64,000 bases of DNA. Source: an uncultured Verrucomicrobiota bacterium. Its GTDB lineage: Bacteria; Verrucomicrobiota; Verrucomicrobiia; Limisphaerales; JAYPEY01. Below are positions 11,404 to 20,952 of the stretch, in pieces. The position numbers were made by a program, and so were the translations under genes. Below the pieces are notes generated by a model that did not search any database, was not told where the DNA came from, and worked only from the letters and a program-made list of their open reading frames with translations. The stretch is from NCBI GenBank assembly GCA_964519245.1, contig CAZFLK010000008.1, forward strand, positions 5,854 to 69,853. The letters run 5' to 3'. Within the stretch, counting starts at the first letter, position 1. Every line of letters starts with the position of its first letter.

Positions 11404-11679
11404 ATGAGAACATCATCGGAAACAGGCCAGCATGGCTTGACGGATCGAGAGGTTCAGGTATTGCGTTGCCTTTCCATGGGCATGAGCAGTTCCGCAATCG
11501 CGGGCGCCATGGAGATTTCGGAGAACACCGTGAAGAATCACGTGAAACAGATCTTTGCCAAGTTGCGGGTCAAGAACCGCACAGCCGCCGTGATCAAGGC
11601 GGCTCAACTGGAAATCATCCCGGCCCCGGGCATGGCTGCGCCGACGGACAACGCGTCGTCCCATCGTCGGGCCGAATAA
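11404..11679 (+). CDS. LuxR/GerE-family HTH transcriptional regulator (stand-alone DNA-binding domain)
   Basis: LTDREVQVLRCLSMGMSSSAIAGAMEISENTVKNHVKQIFAKLRVKNRTAAV is a classic GerE/LuxR C-terminal HTH. No receiver or ligand-binding domain. Confidence 0.8.
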   Translation: MRTSSETGQHGLTDREVQVLRCLSMGMSSSAIAGAMEISENTVKNHVKQIFAKLRVKNRTAAVIKAAQLEIIPAPGMAAPTDNASSHRRAE

Positions 11680-11691
11680 CCACACAGTTTC

Positions 11692-13038
11692 ATGATTCGC
11701 TTCGACAAGAGTGTTCTGCTTCTGATTGGTCTCTGCCATGCGCCGGCAGTCCCGATCGAAGCCGCTGAGAATGCGGTTTCTCCCGAAGGCCAGGTTCGTA
11801 TACACCGATTCAAGGGAGTGAATCGCTCCGTCTACGACGCGTTCGTCTACCTGAACCGGTTGCCTGAGAAACCACAGGATGGAGAACGGGCGTCGGACTT
11901 TGCGGGCCGCGTCTACGGCCGGCTCGCCAATCAGGAGGGGCGCATTCTCATCAAGTTGCCGCCTTCGATGAATCGCAGCGCCTACCGTGGATACAAGACC
12001 TTCATGGGTTCCGAGGGGGACGAACAGGTCCGCAATTGCGTGAGTTGCCATGCGCCGTCTGACTTCAAGGACGCGTCAACCCATGTGACCGATCGCAGCG
12101 GCAAGGCGAAACCCACGCCGGGCCTGCGCAATCTCAAGCAGAGCGAGGCCGAGCTGGCGGAGATCCTGCGCGCCAAGATTGTGGCGAGCTGGCATCGACA
12201 GACCGGAGCGATGAAGATTGACGAGGCCTACGACGCCATGGCCATCACCGAGAAAGACATTCCCGATCTGGTGGCCTTTCTGAAAACGCTTCGCGACGTT
12301 CCGGATGAAAGATTCCGACAACTGATCGTTGAAGCCGAGGTCACGGATGTGCTCGCGGAAGCCGGTCCGACAAAGGTGAACCCATCGACTGCATCGTCGG
12401 GCACGATCATGGGCGTGGCGCGGTTCGAAGGGCAACGGCCCAAGGCCAAGCCCGTACCCATGGACGGAGCCAGCCTCAAACTGCATAAGTCCCAACCGTT
12501 GGAGGAGAACGCGTTGATTGGTCCTGATGGCGCCTTGGCAAACGTCTTTGTCCAGGTGAAAAAGGGATTGGAACGCAGGGAGTACGAGCCGCCCAGGGAG
12601 CCCGTCTTGATGGACCAAATTGGTTCGGTTTTTCGTCCGCGTGTGCAGGGCATCATGGTGGGGCAGAAGTTTGTCATGCGGAACAGCGATCCCTTCATCC
12701 ACAACGTGCGTTCCATGTCCCTGCGCAATCGCGCCTTCAATGTCGCCCAGCCTCCGGGGACAGCCGATCGCGAGCAGACCTTTCGTCGTCGCGAAGGCCC
12801 GATCCGCATGGGCTGCGATTTCCACAAGTGGATGCGAGCCTACCTGTTCGTCGTGGAGCATCCCTACTTCGCGGTTACGGATGCGAAGGGGCAATTCGAG
12901 ATCAAGGGCCTGCCTCCCGATGAGTATGAGCTCGAGGCCTGGCATGAGGAGTTCGGCGAACTCGAAGCGAATGTGACCGTCGGCCCGGATGGCAAGGCGA
13001 CAGCGGAGTTCGTGTTTCAGTCGAAGAAAGAGGATTGA
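11692..13038 (+). CDS. secreted cytochrome-c-motif protein with a C-terminal cupredoxin-like/carboxypeptidase-regulatory-like domain
   Basis: Signal-like N-terminus. One CxxCH (NCVSCHAP). The C-terminal half (FVMRNSDPFIHNV...CDFHKWMRAYLFVVEHPYFAVTDAKGQFEIKGLPPDEYELEAWHEEFG) matches a widespread cupredoxin-fold family. Confidence 0.6.
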   Translation: MIRFDKSVLLLIGLCHAPAVPIEAAENAVSPEGQVRIHRFKGVNRSVYDAFVYLNRLPEKPQDGERASDFAGRVYGRLANQEGRILIKLPPSMNRSAYRGYKTFMGSEGDEQVRNCVSCHAPSDFKDASTHVTDRSGKAKPTPGLRNLKQSEAELAEILRAKIVASWHRQTGAMKIDEAYDAMAITEKDIPDLVAFLKTLRDVPDERFRQLIVEAEVTDVLAEAGPTKVNPSTASSGTIMGVARFEGQRPKAKPVPMDGASLKLHKSQPLEENALIGPDGALANVFVQVKKGLERREYEPPREPVLMDQIGSVFRPRVQGIMVGQKFVMRNSDPFIHNVRSMSLRNRAFNVAQPPGTADREQTFRRREGPIRMGCDFHKWMRAYLFVVEHPYFAVTDAKGQFEIKGLPPDEYELEAWHEEFGELEANVTVGPDGKATAEFVFQSKKED

Positions 13039-13046
13039 GCGGAATC

Positions 13047-15617
13047 ATGGAGTTCCAACACCAGGCAAGGCCCATCGGAGCGCGGACATCCTTGTCCGCA
13101 TGTTGCGTCCGAGTGTTCCGACGCGCGGACAGGGATGTCCGCGCTCCCTTTGCTGTTGTTGCCGTCTGCCTGATCGCAAGCGCCCCCCCGGCCATCGCCG
13201 CTACCCCCGACTTCCAATCCGCCGTCGCGCCCTTGATCGAATCGTCGTGCATCGACTGCCACGACGGGGACACGGAAACGAATCTGAACTTTGATTCCCT
13301 GGGCTTCAATCTCTCGGACGCCGACACCTTCAATGCCTGGGAGAAGGTCTTCGACCGCGTGGTGAAACACGAGATGCCGCCACCAAAGAAAAGGCAACCG
13401 AAGACCGACGTCCGGAACAAGGCCCTCGACGCCCTGCGCGACTCGCTCCACAAGTCCAACGCCGCCCGACAGACCAGGGAAGGCCGCGTTCCCGCGCGTC
13501 GCCTCACCCGGACGGAGTACGAGCATACGATGCGCGACCTGCTCGGCATTCACGCGAATCTCGCTCGGTTCCTCCCCGCTGAAAACGACGGCGCCGCCTT
13601 CGACACCATTTCCAGTGGTCAGGGTTTGTCCCCGGTCCATATCCAAGCCTACCTGACCGCCGCCGATCGCGCCCTGGACGAGGTGATCCAACTCGGCCGC
13701 AAGCCACGTTGGCGTGAGAAGCCCTATGATCTCGATTATGTCAACCGCCACTACATCAAGATGTGGTTCGACCGGCCGTTGCGAAACGGCGGGAGCACAA
13801 TCAAGCCGGAAGGGGACGAAGTCGTGACCTTCGAGAAGCGCAACCATTCCATGCGCTCGGACGCCGTCGGTTTCCGGCCCGCCTATCCTGGAATGTACCG
13901 CATCGAGATGACCGCGCGCGGTTATCAGGCCAAGACGCCTGTGACCCTTGCGATCATGAAGGCGAGCGACAAGGCGGGCGGATCGGAATTGGTCGGTTTC
14001 TACGATCTGTTGCCCGAGCAACCTCGCCGAATCTCGCTAACCACCTACTTTACGCCGGATCACTATTTCTATCCCATCCCGATGGATGACGATGTGGCCC
14101 ACGCTCGGGGCTATGGCGGCATTTACGCCTACGGCGCCAAGAAGTATCCCGGTGAGGGCGTGGCCTTGAAAGACGTGACGATCCGCGGGCCCTTGGAAAA
14201 GGAATGGCCGCCGAAACATACGCGGGAATTCTTCCACGGTGTCGGGTTGCGCCATCGCGAAGTGCGGGAGCAGGAATGGCGTCGCATCTGGCGACAAGGC
14301 GGGGAGCGGATACGTCTCTACGAATTCCAGATGTCAAAGCCGCCGCTGGAGCATCTCCGCGAAATGATCGAACGCATCGGGCCGCGGGCCTTGCGCCGCC
14401 CGTTGCAGGACGACGAAGCCCAGGCGTTTGCAAACCTGGCGAAACCGGCGTTGGAGGCGAAGCGCGGATTCGATGACGCCGCGCGCGTTGCCTTTCGCGC
14501 CCTGTTCAGCTCGCCGCAGTTTCTCTTTCACTCCGCTGAGCCCGGTCCCTTGAACGATTACGCATTGGCAACGCGATTGTCCTACTTTCTCTGGAAAAGC
14601 GCGCCGGATGACCAGCTGTTCCGCCTGGCGGGGGAAGGAAGACTGGTCGAGGAGAAGACCTTGTCCGCCCAAGTGAACCGGATGCTGAACGATCCCAAGT
14701 CCGCCCGGTTCGTGAGAGATTTTCTGGACCAGTGGATCGGGCTTAACCGCATCGACGCGACCACGCCCGATGACAAGCTTTACCCAGAATATGACGATAT
14801 ACTGCGCCAAGGCATGCTGGCTGAGACGCGCGCCTTCTTCCGCGAACTGATTGCGAGGAATCTTCCGGTGCGAAATCTGGTCGATTCCGATTTCACCTTC
14901 CTGAATCGCCGGCTCGCGGAGCACTACAGGATTCCCGACGTCGCGGGCGAGGCGTTGCGGCGCGTGGACTTGCCCTCGTGGAGTCCCCGCGGTGGATTGA
15001 TGACCCAGGCCAGTGTGCTGAAGATCACCGCGAACGGCACGACCACCACGCCGGTGAAGCGCGGCAACTTTGTATTGAGCACATTGCTGGGCCGCGCGGT
15101 TTCATCGCCGCCGCCGGCCGTAGAACCGATTGAACCCGACACGCGCGGCGCCACGACCATTCGCGAGCTTCTGGACAAGCATCGGAACGTCGAGAAGTGC
15201 GCGGTCTGTCATCGCAAGATCGACCCCCCGGGTTTTGCGTTGGAGAGCTTTGATCCAATCGGCGGCTATCGCACGCGTTACCGGTCAAACGAAAACGGCG
15301 ATCAGCCCGTCCGCAAGCTGCGCGGCCGTTGGATTTATGAGTACAAGCTCGGGCCGAAGGTCGATGCGAGCGGCACGACGGAGGAAGGCGAGGCTTTTCG
15401 CGACGTTCGCGGATTCAAGAAATTTATGCTGAAGCACGAGAAGGACATCGCCCGGAATCTCCTCGCCAACCTCGTCGCCTACGCCACCGGAGGTGAGATC
15501 CAATTCGCGGATCGCACGGAGTTGGACCGAATTCTCAAACGACTGGAGCCTGCGGGTTTCAACACGCGCACCATGATTCACGAGGTCGTGCAAAGCCGGA
15601 TGTTTCGAAACAAATGA
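13047..15617 (+). CDS. DUF1592/DUF1588/DUF1585/DUF1587/DUF1595-family protein with an N-terminal CxxCH
   Basis: ESSCIDCHDGD (CxxCH), RLSYFLWKSAPDDQL, LMTQASVLKITANGTTTTPVKRGNFVL, CAVCHRKIDPPGFALESFDPIGGYR are signature blocks of this PVC-typical family. The ATG at 13047 is preferred over the TTG at 13035. Confidence 0.85.
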   Translation: MEFQHQARPIGARTSLSACCVRVFRRADRDVRAPFAVVAVCLIASAPPAIAATPDFQSAVAPLIESSCIDCHDGDTETNLNFDSLGFNLSDADTFNAWEKVFDRVVKHEMPPPKKRQPKTDVRNKALDALRDSLHKSNAARQTREGRVPARRLTRTEYEHTMRDLLGIHANLARFLPAENDGAAFDTISSGQGLSPVHIQAYLTAADRALDEVIQLGRKPRWREKPYDLDYVNRHYIKMWFDRPLRNGGSTIKPEGDEVVTFEKRNHSMRSDAVGFRPAYPGMYRIEMTARGYQAKTPVTLAIMKASDKAGGSELVGFYDLLPEQPRRISLTTYFTPDHYFYPIPMDDDVAHARGYGGIYAYGAKKYPGEGVALKDVTIRGPLEKEWPPKHTREFFHGVGLRHREVREQEWRRIWRQGGERIRLYEFQMSKPPLEHLREMIERIGPRALRRPLQDDEAQAFANLAKPALEAKRGFDDAARVAFRALFSSPQFLFHSAEPGPLNDYALATRLSYFLWKSAPDDQLFRLAGEGRLVEEKTLSAQVNRMLNDPKSARFVRDFLDQWIGLNRIDATTPDDKLYPEYDDILRQGMLAETRAFFRELIARNLPVRNLVDSDFTFLNRRLAEHYRIPDVAGEALRRVDLPSWSPRGGLMTQASVLKITANGTTTTPVKRGNFVLSTLLGRAVSSPPPAVEPIEPDTRGATTIRELLDKHRNVEKCAVCHRKIDPPGFALESFDPIGGYRTRYRSNENGDQPVRKLRGRWIYEYKLGPKVDASGTTEEGEAFRDVRGFKKFMLKHEKDIARNLLANLVAYATGGEIQFADRTELDRILKRLEPAGFNTRTMIHEVVQSRMFRNK

Positions 15618-16849
15618 AAACCAACCGTCGCCAATTCCTCCGAGCCGCCGGCGTTTCGCTCGCTTTGCCTTGGCTTGAATCGTCCGGCCGCGCCGAGACG
15701 CCGCCGCCCAAGCGCGCGGTCTTCATCTGCACGGCGTTGGGCCTTCACCCCCCGTCGCTGTGGCCAAACAAGGCAGGCGCGGACTACGGCTCCACCGAGT
15801 ATCTCGACCTTCTCAAGGAACATCGCTCAGACTATACGCTGTTCTCCGGGCTCTCGCACCCGGACCAGGGCGGCGAGCACGAAACGGAGCGCACCTTCCT
15901 GAGCGCCGCGCGCAATCCCCAACAGGATGGTTTCCGCAATTCGATTTCCGTCGATCAGTTCGCCGCGGGCAAACTCGGCTATGTCACCCGTTTCCCCTCG
16001 GTGATCCTCAGCTCCAACGGCTCTTCGAGTCAGTCCTTCACCGGCGGCGGCGTCATGGTTCCGGCGGAGCACAGTCCCTCCCGCATGTTTGCCCGGATGT
16101 TCCTGAAAGGGAGCCCCGAGGAGATTGCCCGGCAAAAACAGAAGCTCGCCGATGGCCGAAGCGTCCTCGATGAGTTGATGAATCAATCCAAGGCCCTGCG
16201 CGGCAACTCGACCGCCGCTGATCAGGCCAAGCTGGACGAGTATTTCGAATCGGTCCGCAGGACCGAGCGCGACCTGCGCGAACAGCGCGCCTGGATGGAT
16301 CGCCCGAAACCGTCCGTCGAAGTCGAGCAGCCGAGGGACATCTACGACAAGTCCGACATGATCGGCCGCATTCGGTTGTTGATGAACCTTGTCCCGCTGA
16401 TCGTGCAGACCGATTCCTCGCGCGTCATTAGCGTGGTCATTCAGGACCACCTGACCATCCCGCAGGTGGCCGGCGTCGAGAGCGAGCATCACAACCTGTC
16501 GCACCACGGCAAGGAACCCGGGAAGATCGAGCAACTAAAGAAGATCGAAATCGCAATCCTGAAGCAGTTCGAAAGCCTGTTGTCGCAGTTGAAGGAGAAG
16601 TGCGAAGCCGGCGGTTCGCTGCTCGACAACACCATGACCTTGTTCGGCAGCAACCTCGGCAACGCCAATGCGCATGATCCCCGGAACCTGCCCATCTTCC
16701 TTGCGGGCGGCGGATTCAAACACGGCCGTCACGTGTCACACGATTCGCGCAACAACACTCCCCTGTGCAATCTTTACGTTCGCATGCTCCAGGAAATGAA
16801 CATCGAGATCGATTCGTTCGCCACCAGTTCCGGGGTGTTGAGCTGGTAG
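15614..16849 (+). CDS. DUF1552 domain-containing protein (partner of the DUF1592-family protein)
   Basis: Tat-like N-terminus RRQFLRAAGVSLALPWLES. FSGLSHPDQGGEHE, SEHHNLSHHGKEPGKIEQL, FLAGGGFKHGRH. ATGA overlap with the upstream gene. Confidence 0.85.
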   Translation: MKTNRRQFLRAAGVSLALPWLESSGRAETPPPKRAVFICTALGLHPPSLWPNKAGADYGSTEYLDLLKEHRSDYTLFSGLSHPDQGGEHETERTFLSAARNPQQDGFRNSISVDQFAAGKLGYVTRFPSVILSSNGSSSQSFTGGGVMVPAEHSPSRMFARMFLKGSPEEIARQKQKLADGRSVLDELMNQSKALRGNSTAADQAKLDEYFESVRRTERDLREQRAWMDRPKPSVEVEQPRDIYDKSDMIGRIRLLMNLVPLIVQTDSSRVISVVIQDHLTIPQVAGVESEHHNLSHHGKEPGKIEQLKKIEIAILKQFESLLSQLKEKCEAGGSLLDNTMTLFGSNLGNANAHDPRNLPIFLAGGGFKHGRHVSHDSRNNTPLCNLYVRMLQEMNIEIDSFATSSGVLSW

Positions 16850-16951
16850 AACGATTGCGGCGGGAAACAGGAGTTGAACTGACGATGAAGCCAACGCGCC
16901 AACAGGCCGATCCCAAGTCAGCCCTCTTTCGTTCCTTCAGGAATTTGAAGT

Positions 16952-16992
16952 GGGCCGCCTGCGGCGAGGCGGCCCTACCCAAGTTGGTAGGG
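16952..16992. other. two adjacent GC-rich hairpins in the intergenic region
   Basis: gggccgcc-tgcggcga-ggcggccc (8-bp stem, 16952-16975) and ccctacc-caagtt-ggtaggg (7-bp stem, 16973-16992). They lie about 100 nt downstream of the DUF1552 stop. Confidence 0.3.
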
Positions 16993-17108
16993 ATGGCTCG
17001 CCGAGCCGTCCCATTTCAAAACCCCAAAGGGGTGACACCACCCCAATGATTAACCTCCGCCGAAGTGGAATGAACTCCGCGTCCCGCTGATCTCCAAGAA
17101 TATACACC

Positions 17109-18788
17109 ATGCTCCCCCTCAAACGTCATCATCAACTCGGCATCGCGACGCTTCTCTCGTCGTGCAGCCTCACGCCTTGCTACGCCGACGTCGCCTCAAA
17201 CTGGCATCAATGGCGTGGACCCGAACACAACGGTGTTTCCCGAACCGCCAATCCGCCGATCGAGTGGAGCGAAAGCAAGAATGTCCAATGGAAGACCGCC
17301 ATTCCCGGCGCCGGCAATTCCACGCCGATCGTCTGGGGCGGCAAGGTCTTTGTTCTGACGGCCATCAACACCGGCATCGTCGATCCGGGCCTCCCGAAGC
17401 CGGAGGATCAACCCCAGCGGGTCTTCGGCATCAAGCGCCCCAACACGACGCACTCCTTTTTCGTGCTTTGTCTGGACCGGGAAACGGGCCGTGAAATCTG
17501 GCGGCGCCGGGCGACCGACAACATTCCGCACCAGGGTCACCACAAGGACGCCTCCTTCGCGTCTTCTTCCCCGATCACCGATGGCGAGCGTCTTTACTGC
17601 TGGTTCGGGTCGACCGGTCTGTTCTGCTACGACCTCGATGGAAAACTTCTCTGGCAGCGCGATCTCGGCCATGTGCATGTCGGCGCCGATCTGGGAGAGG
17701 GAACCTCCCCCGCGCTGCACGACGGCAAACTCGTCATCGTCCGCGACCACGCGCGTCAGTCCTATATCGAGATGCTCGACGCCAGGACCGGCGACACGCT
17801 TTGGAAGAAGGATCGCGACGAGGACAACACCTGGGCGACGCCCGCGATCGTGAAGCATAACGGCCGGACGCAAGTCATCACGCCCGGCTCCAAGAAGATC
17901 CGCAGCTACGACTTGAATTCCGGCAACCTCATCTGGGAGTGCGGCGGCCTGACCGGCAATCCCATTCCTTGTCCGGTTGTGAAAGGCGACCATGTCATTT
18001 GCATGACCGGTTACAAGGGCCACTCCGTGATGTCGTTGCCGCTCTCGGCTGAGGGCGACATCACCGACTCGGATCAAATCAAATGGTCAAGAAATCGCGG
18101 GACCCCCTACATTCCTTCGCCGCTGCTCTATGACGGCCTCGTCTGGTTCAACCAATCCAACCAGGGCCTGTTGACCTGTCTTGACGCGGAGACGGGCGAA
18201 CCGCTCATTGATCGCCAGCGTCTGGGCCGCGTCCGCAACATGTACTCCTCGCCTGTTGGGGCGCAGGGCCGGGTCTACGTCACAGCTCGCGATGGAACGA
18301 CGCTGGCGCTCAAGAACGACAAGACATTCCATGTCCTGGCGACCAACAGGCTCGACGACTCCATCAATTCGTCTCCGGCGATGGCGGGCGATCAGTTGTT
18401 CCTGCGCGGCGATCGGTTCCTCTACTGCCTTTCAGCAAAGGCCGGGTCCAAGAAGCCAACGCTAAACATCCTCAAGGGCGACGAACGCTCCGTGATTCAG
18501 AAGGGCGCCGCGCGTCCGGCGACCAAACCCATGAAAGGCCCGAACGCGAAGCTTCTGGCAACGATCGATGCAGGTCCGATGCCCAAGGATTACCCCGGCG
18601 GCAAGGGGCACCAACCATGGGTCGACAGTTGGATGAAAAAGTTCAGCGAAGAACAACGCCACCAACTCGGCACGCTTTGGGCGGAGAAAATGCGCACCGA
18701 TCCCGCCATGCCGAATAAGGGCATGTCTTTCGTCAAGATCCTCAAGTACGTCCGTGAGAACGGGAAGAAACAGTCCGGCGACAAATGA
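17109..18788 (+). CDS. PQQ-like (BamB-like) beta-propeller repeat protein with the shared C-terminal module
   Basis: Signal peptide. WHQWRGPEHNGVS followed by repeated propeller blades (GKVFVLTA, ERLYCWFGSTGLFCYDLDGKLLWQ, DGKLVIV, GRVYVTARDGTTLAL, DQLFLRGDRFLYCL). The C-terminal 80 aa form the shared module. Confidence 0.8.
   Translation: MLPLKRHHQLGIATLLSSCSLTPCYADVASNWHQWRGPEHNGVSRTANPPIEWSESKNVQWKTAIPGAGNSTPIVWGGKVFVLTAINTGIVDPGLPKPEDQPQRVFGIKRPNTTHSFFVLCLDRETGREIWRRRATDNIPHQGHHKDASFASSSPITDGERLYCWFGSTGLFCYDLDGKLLWQRDLGHVHVGADLGEGTSPALHDGKLVIVRDHARQSYIEMLDARTGDTLWKKDRDEDNTWATPAIVKHNGRTQVITPGSKKIRSYDLNSGNLIWECGGLTGNPIPCPVVKGDHVICMTGYKGHSVMSLPLSAEGDITDSDQIKWSRNRGTPYIPSPLLYDGLVWFNQSNQGLLTCLDAETGEPLIDRQRLGRVRNMYSSPVGAQGRVYVTARDGTTLALKNDKTFHVLATNRLDDSINSSPAMAGDQLFLRGDRFLYCLSAKAGSKKPTLNILKGDERSVIQKGAARPATKPMKGPNAKLLATIDAGPMPKDYPGGKGHQPWVDSWMKKFSEEQRHQLGTLWAEKMRTDPAMPNKGMSFVKILKYVRENGKKQSGDK
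18546..18785 (+). other. shared C-terminal module, copy 1
   Basis: AKLLATIDAGPMPKDYPGGKGHQPWVDSWMKKFSEEQRHQLGTLWAEKMRTDPAMPNKGMSFVKILKYVRENGKK aligns with copies 2 and 3. Confidence 0.7.
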
Positions 18789-20596
18789 GCTTTAGACTGC
18801 TTCTTCTATTCTGCTTGTTGCCCTCAGCCGTCCTGTCGGCTGGGCGGCCCAATGTTGTCATCCTCCTCGCCGATGATCTTGGAACGAAGGACCTCGGTTG
18901 CTACGGCGGGCCGGTCAAGACGCCGGTGTTGGATGGACTCGCCGCCCGGGGCGTGAGGTTCACCGACTTTCATGCTGGCGCGGCGATTTGCTCGCCTTCG
19001 CGGGCGACCCTTCTCACCGGGCGGCAGCATCTGCGCACGGGCATTTACGGCGTGCTCCAGGATCACATGCACATCATGCACTTACTGGAGCGCGAAGTGA
19101 CGATTGCCGAAGTCCTCCAAGAGGCCGGATACGGAACGGCGCATTTCGGCAAGTGGCACATCGGGATGACTTCGGGCAAACGCAAGAAACCGTCGCCCAC
19201 CGAACACGGCTTTGATTACTGGTTCGGCCTGTCCAATGGCGCCCATCCCAATCACAAGGATCCGACCAACTTCCTGCGCAACGGCAAGCGGGTCGGCCCG
19301 ATGAAGGGCTACTCCTGCCAGATCGTGGTGAGTGATGCGATCAACTGGCTCGAAACGAAGGACGACCCCGATCAACCGTTCTTCCTGAACATCTGGTTCA
19401 ATGAGCCGCACGCCAAGATTGCCGCCCCGGACGACATCGTTTCGATCTACGGCGACGTGAAGGATGAAGCCGCGATCTATTCCGCCACGATCGACAACAC
19501 CGATCGCGCCATCGGACGGCTCGTCGCGAAGCTCAAGGCGATGGGCAAGCTCGACAACACCTTGATCATCTATTCCTCCGACCACGGAAGCTATCGTCCG
19601 GATCGCAACGGCGGCTTGAACGGCAACAAGGGTTCGAATTTCCAGGGCGGGTTGCGGTCGCCCGGCATCTTCTTTTGGCCCGACGGCATTCGCGGCGGCC
19701 GGACTGAAGCCACGCCTTCCGGCTCGGTCGACCTGCTGCCGACCATTTGCGGTCTGGCGGGAATCGACAAACCCGAGGGTGTGCATCTCGACGGAGCCGA
19801 CCTGTCGCCGCTGCTGACGGAGAAAGGAACGTTCTCCCGCGCCCAACCGCTGCTCTGGCTGGCGCCCTCATCCGGACATCTCGCAACCCTGCGCGACGGA
19901 CGCTACACGTTGATGGGATTTCGCGGCTATGACCTGCCCTTCGAGCGCGAGAAGCTCAACGCCATCCTGCGGAGAATGGCCGAACTTGCCGGGATTGATC
20001 CGTCGTCTCGAAACCTGTTGACCCGCGTGAGCAACACCACGTTTTCGAACCCCGAGTTCAGACGATTGACCGGCGAAAGAGTGCGCCTTCAGACCTTCCA
20101 GGAATCATGGATCCCCATTATCAGGAAAGGCGGCTTCCGGCGCTTCGCGCTTTACGATCTGAAGGCTGATCCCCTGCAGAAGAAGGACATTTCCCAGCAG
20201 CAGCCGAAAGTCACCGCGCGCCTCAAGGATAAGTTGCTGGAGCTATACGCGGATGTCATGGCCGATGCGCCCGGATTAGATGAATACCGTTCAGCCTATA
20301 CTCCTCCACCAGCCTCACGGGCCAGCGCCAAGCCAGCCCAGGTCAACATCCCACGGCCCGCGCCCAAGGACGTCGATCTCGACATGCTGTTGAAACGAAT
20401 CGAAACGACGGATCTGCCCAAGGGGTATCACGGCTCAACCCACCAGGCCTACGTTGATCGGCGAATGGCCGAACTCACCCCGCAACAACGTCAGCGCATC
20501 GGCCGGCTTTGGAAAGAGAAACGTCGCCTCCACCCAAACATGAAGAACGTCGGTGGATCGTTCGTGAAGATCATGGAATTCGTGGCCGGCCGGTAA
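18785..20596 (+). CDS. sulfatase (S1 family, canonical CSPSR) with the shared C-terminal module
   Basis: Signal peptide. PNVVILLADDLG, AAICSPSRATLLTGR, GKWHIG, IYSSDHG. ATGA overlap with the upstream gene. The C-terminal 71 aa form the shared module. Confidence 0.9.
   Translation: MSFRLLLLFCLLPSAVLSAGRPNVVILLADDLGTKDLGCYGGPVKTPVLDGLAARGVRFTDFHAGAAICSPSRATLLTGRQHLRTGIYGVLQDHMHIMHLLEREVTIAEVLQEAGYGTAHFGKWHIGMTSGKRKKPSPTEHGFDYWFGLSNGAHPNHKDPTNFLRNGKRVGPMKGYSCQIVVSDAINWLETKDDPDQPFFLNIWFNEPHAKIAAPDDIVSIYGDVKDEAAIYSATIDNTDRAIGRLVAKLKAMGKLDNTLIIYSSDHGSYRPDRNGGLNGNKGSNFQGGLRSPGIFFWPDGIRGGRTEATPSGSVDLLPTICGLAGIDKPEGVHLDGADLSPLLTEKGTFSRAQPLLWLAPSSGHLATLRDGRYTLMGFRGYDLPFEREKLNAILRRMAELAGIDPSSRNLLTRVSNTTFSNPEFRRLTGERVRLQTFQESWIPIIRKGGFRRFALYDLKADPLQKKDISQQQPKVTARLKDKLLELYADVMADAPGLDEYRSAYTPPPASRASAKPAQVNIPRPAPKDVDLDMLLKRIETTDLPKGYHGSTHQAYVDRRMAELTPQQRQRIGRLWKEKRRLHPNMKNVGGSFVKIMEFVAGR
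20381..20593 (+). other. shared C-terminal module, copy 2
   Basis: DMLLKRIETTDLPKGYHGSTHQAYVDRRMAELTPQQRQRIGRLWKEKRRLHPNMKNVGGSFVKIMEFVAGR. Confidence 0.7.
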
Positions 20597-20677
20597 GAAC
20601 GCAAATGAAAGCAACGGAAGGAAGCCGTAAATTTGAGCCAAGTCCTCCTCGGCCAACCGGCTGATGCTGACGCTCAT
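20597..20677 (-). pseudogene. truncated ParE/RelE-type toxin remnant
   Basis: The ATG at 20677 overlaps the antitoxin stop (ATGA). The first ~20 codons (MSVSISRLAEEDLAQIYGF) look like a ParE N-terminus. The rest of the 80-aa ORF is the antisense of the sulfatase 3' module and has no toxin features. Confidence 0.45.
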
Positions 20678-20922
20678 TTCCGCGCCAATGATCGACCCTG
20701 TTCCCAGATTCCCTTGAGAACCTTGGGAGTGAGCTTGCGATGCGAGCTGTCCTTGCCAACCTGGATCAAGGAATCGAATTCGTCGGGATGATCGGGCAGT
20801 TCATAGGCCTGCAAAATCACCAATTTGCCACCCCGCACGATAACGGTCGGTTTTCCTTCAATCGCTTGATCGGCCAATTGCCCCAGCTTTCCCTTCGCTT
20901 CACTGACAGTGCAGGTTTCCAT
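20674..20922 (-). CDS. Phd/YefM-like type II antitoxin (apparently orphaned)
   Basis: METCTVSEAKGKLGQLADQAIEGKPTVIVRGGKLVILQAYE is a typical Phd/YefM-type N-terminal fold signature. 82 aa. Confidence 0.6.
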   Translation of the reverse strand: METCTVSEAKGKLGQLADQAIEGKPTVIVRGGKLVILQAYELPDHPDEFDSLIQVGKDSSHRKLTPKVLKGIWEQGRSLARK

Positions 20923-20924
20923 AA

Positions 20925-20952
20925 CGGTCCAAATTTGGCCATTCGTGGACCG
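20925..20952. promoter_or_regulatory. candidate operator palindrome upstream of the antitoxin gene
   Basis: cggtcca (20925-20931) and tggaccg (20946-20952) form an inverted repeat. It partly overlaps a perfect 10-bp palindrome, ccaaatttgg (20929-20938), that begins 7 nt upstream of the antitoxin ATG. Confidence 0.25.

Noticed and set aside
20435-20677. 80-aa ORF as an intact ParE toxin
   Set aside because: Only the first ~20 residues look ParE-like. The remainder is the reverse-strand reading of the sulfatase C-terminal module. The equivalent antisense ORF (23023-23298) over module copy 3 has a similar sequence, which shows the open frame is a by-product of the module.
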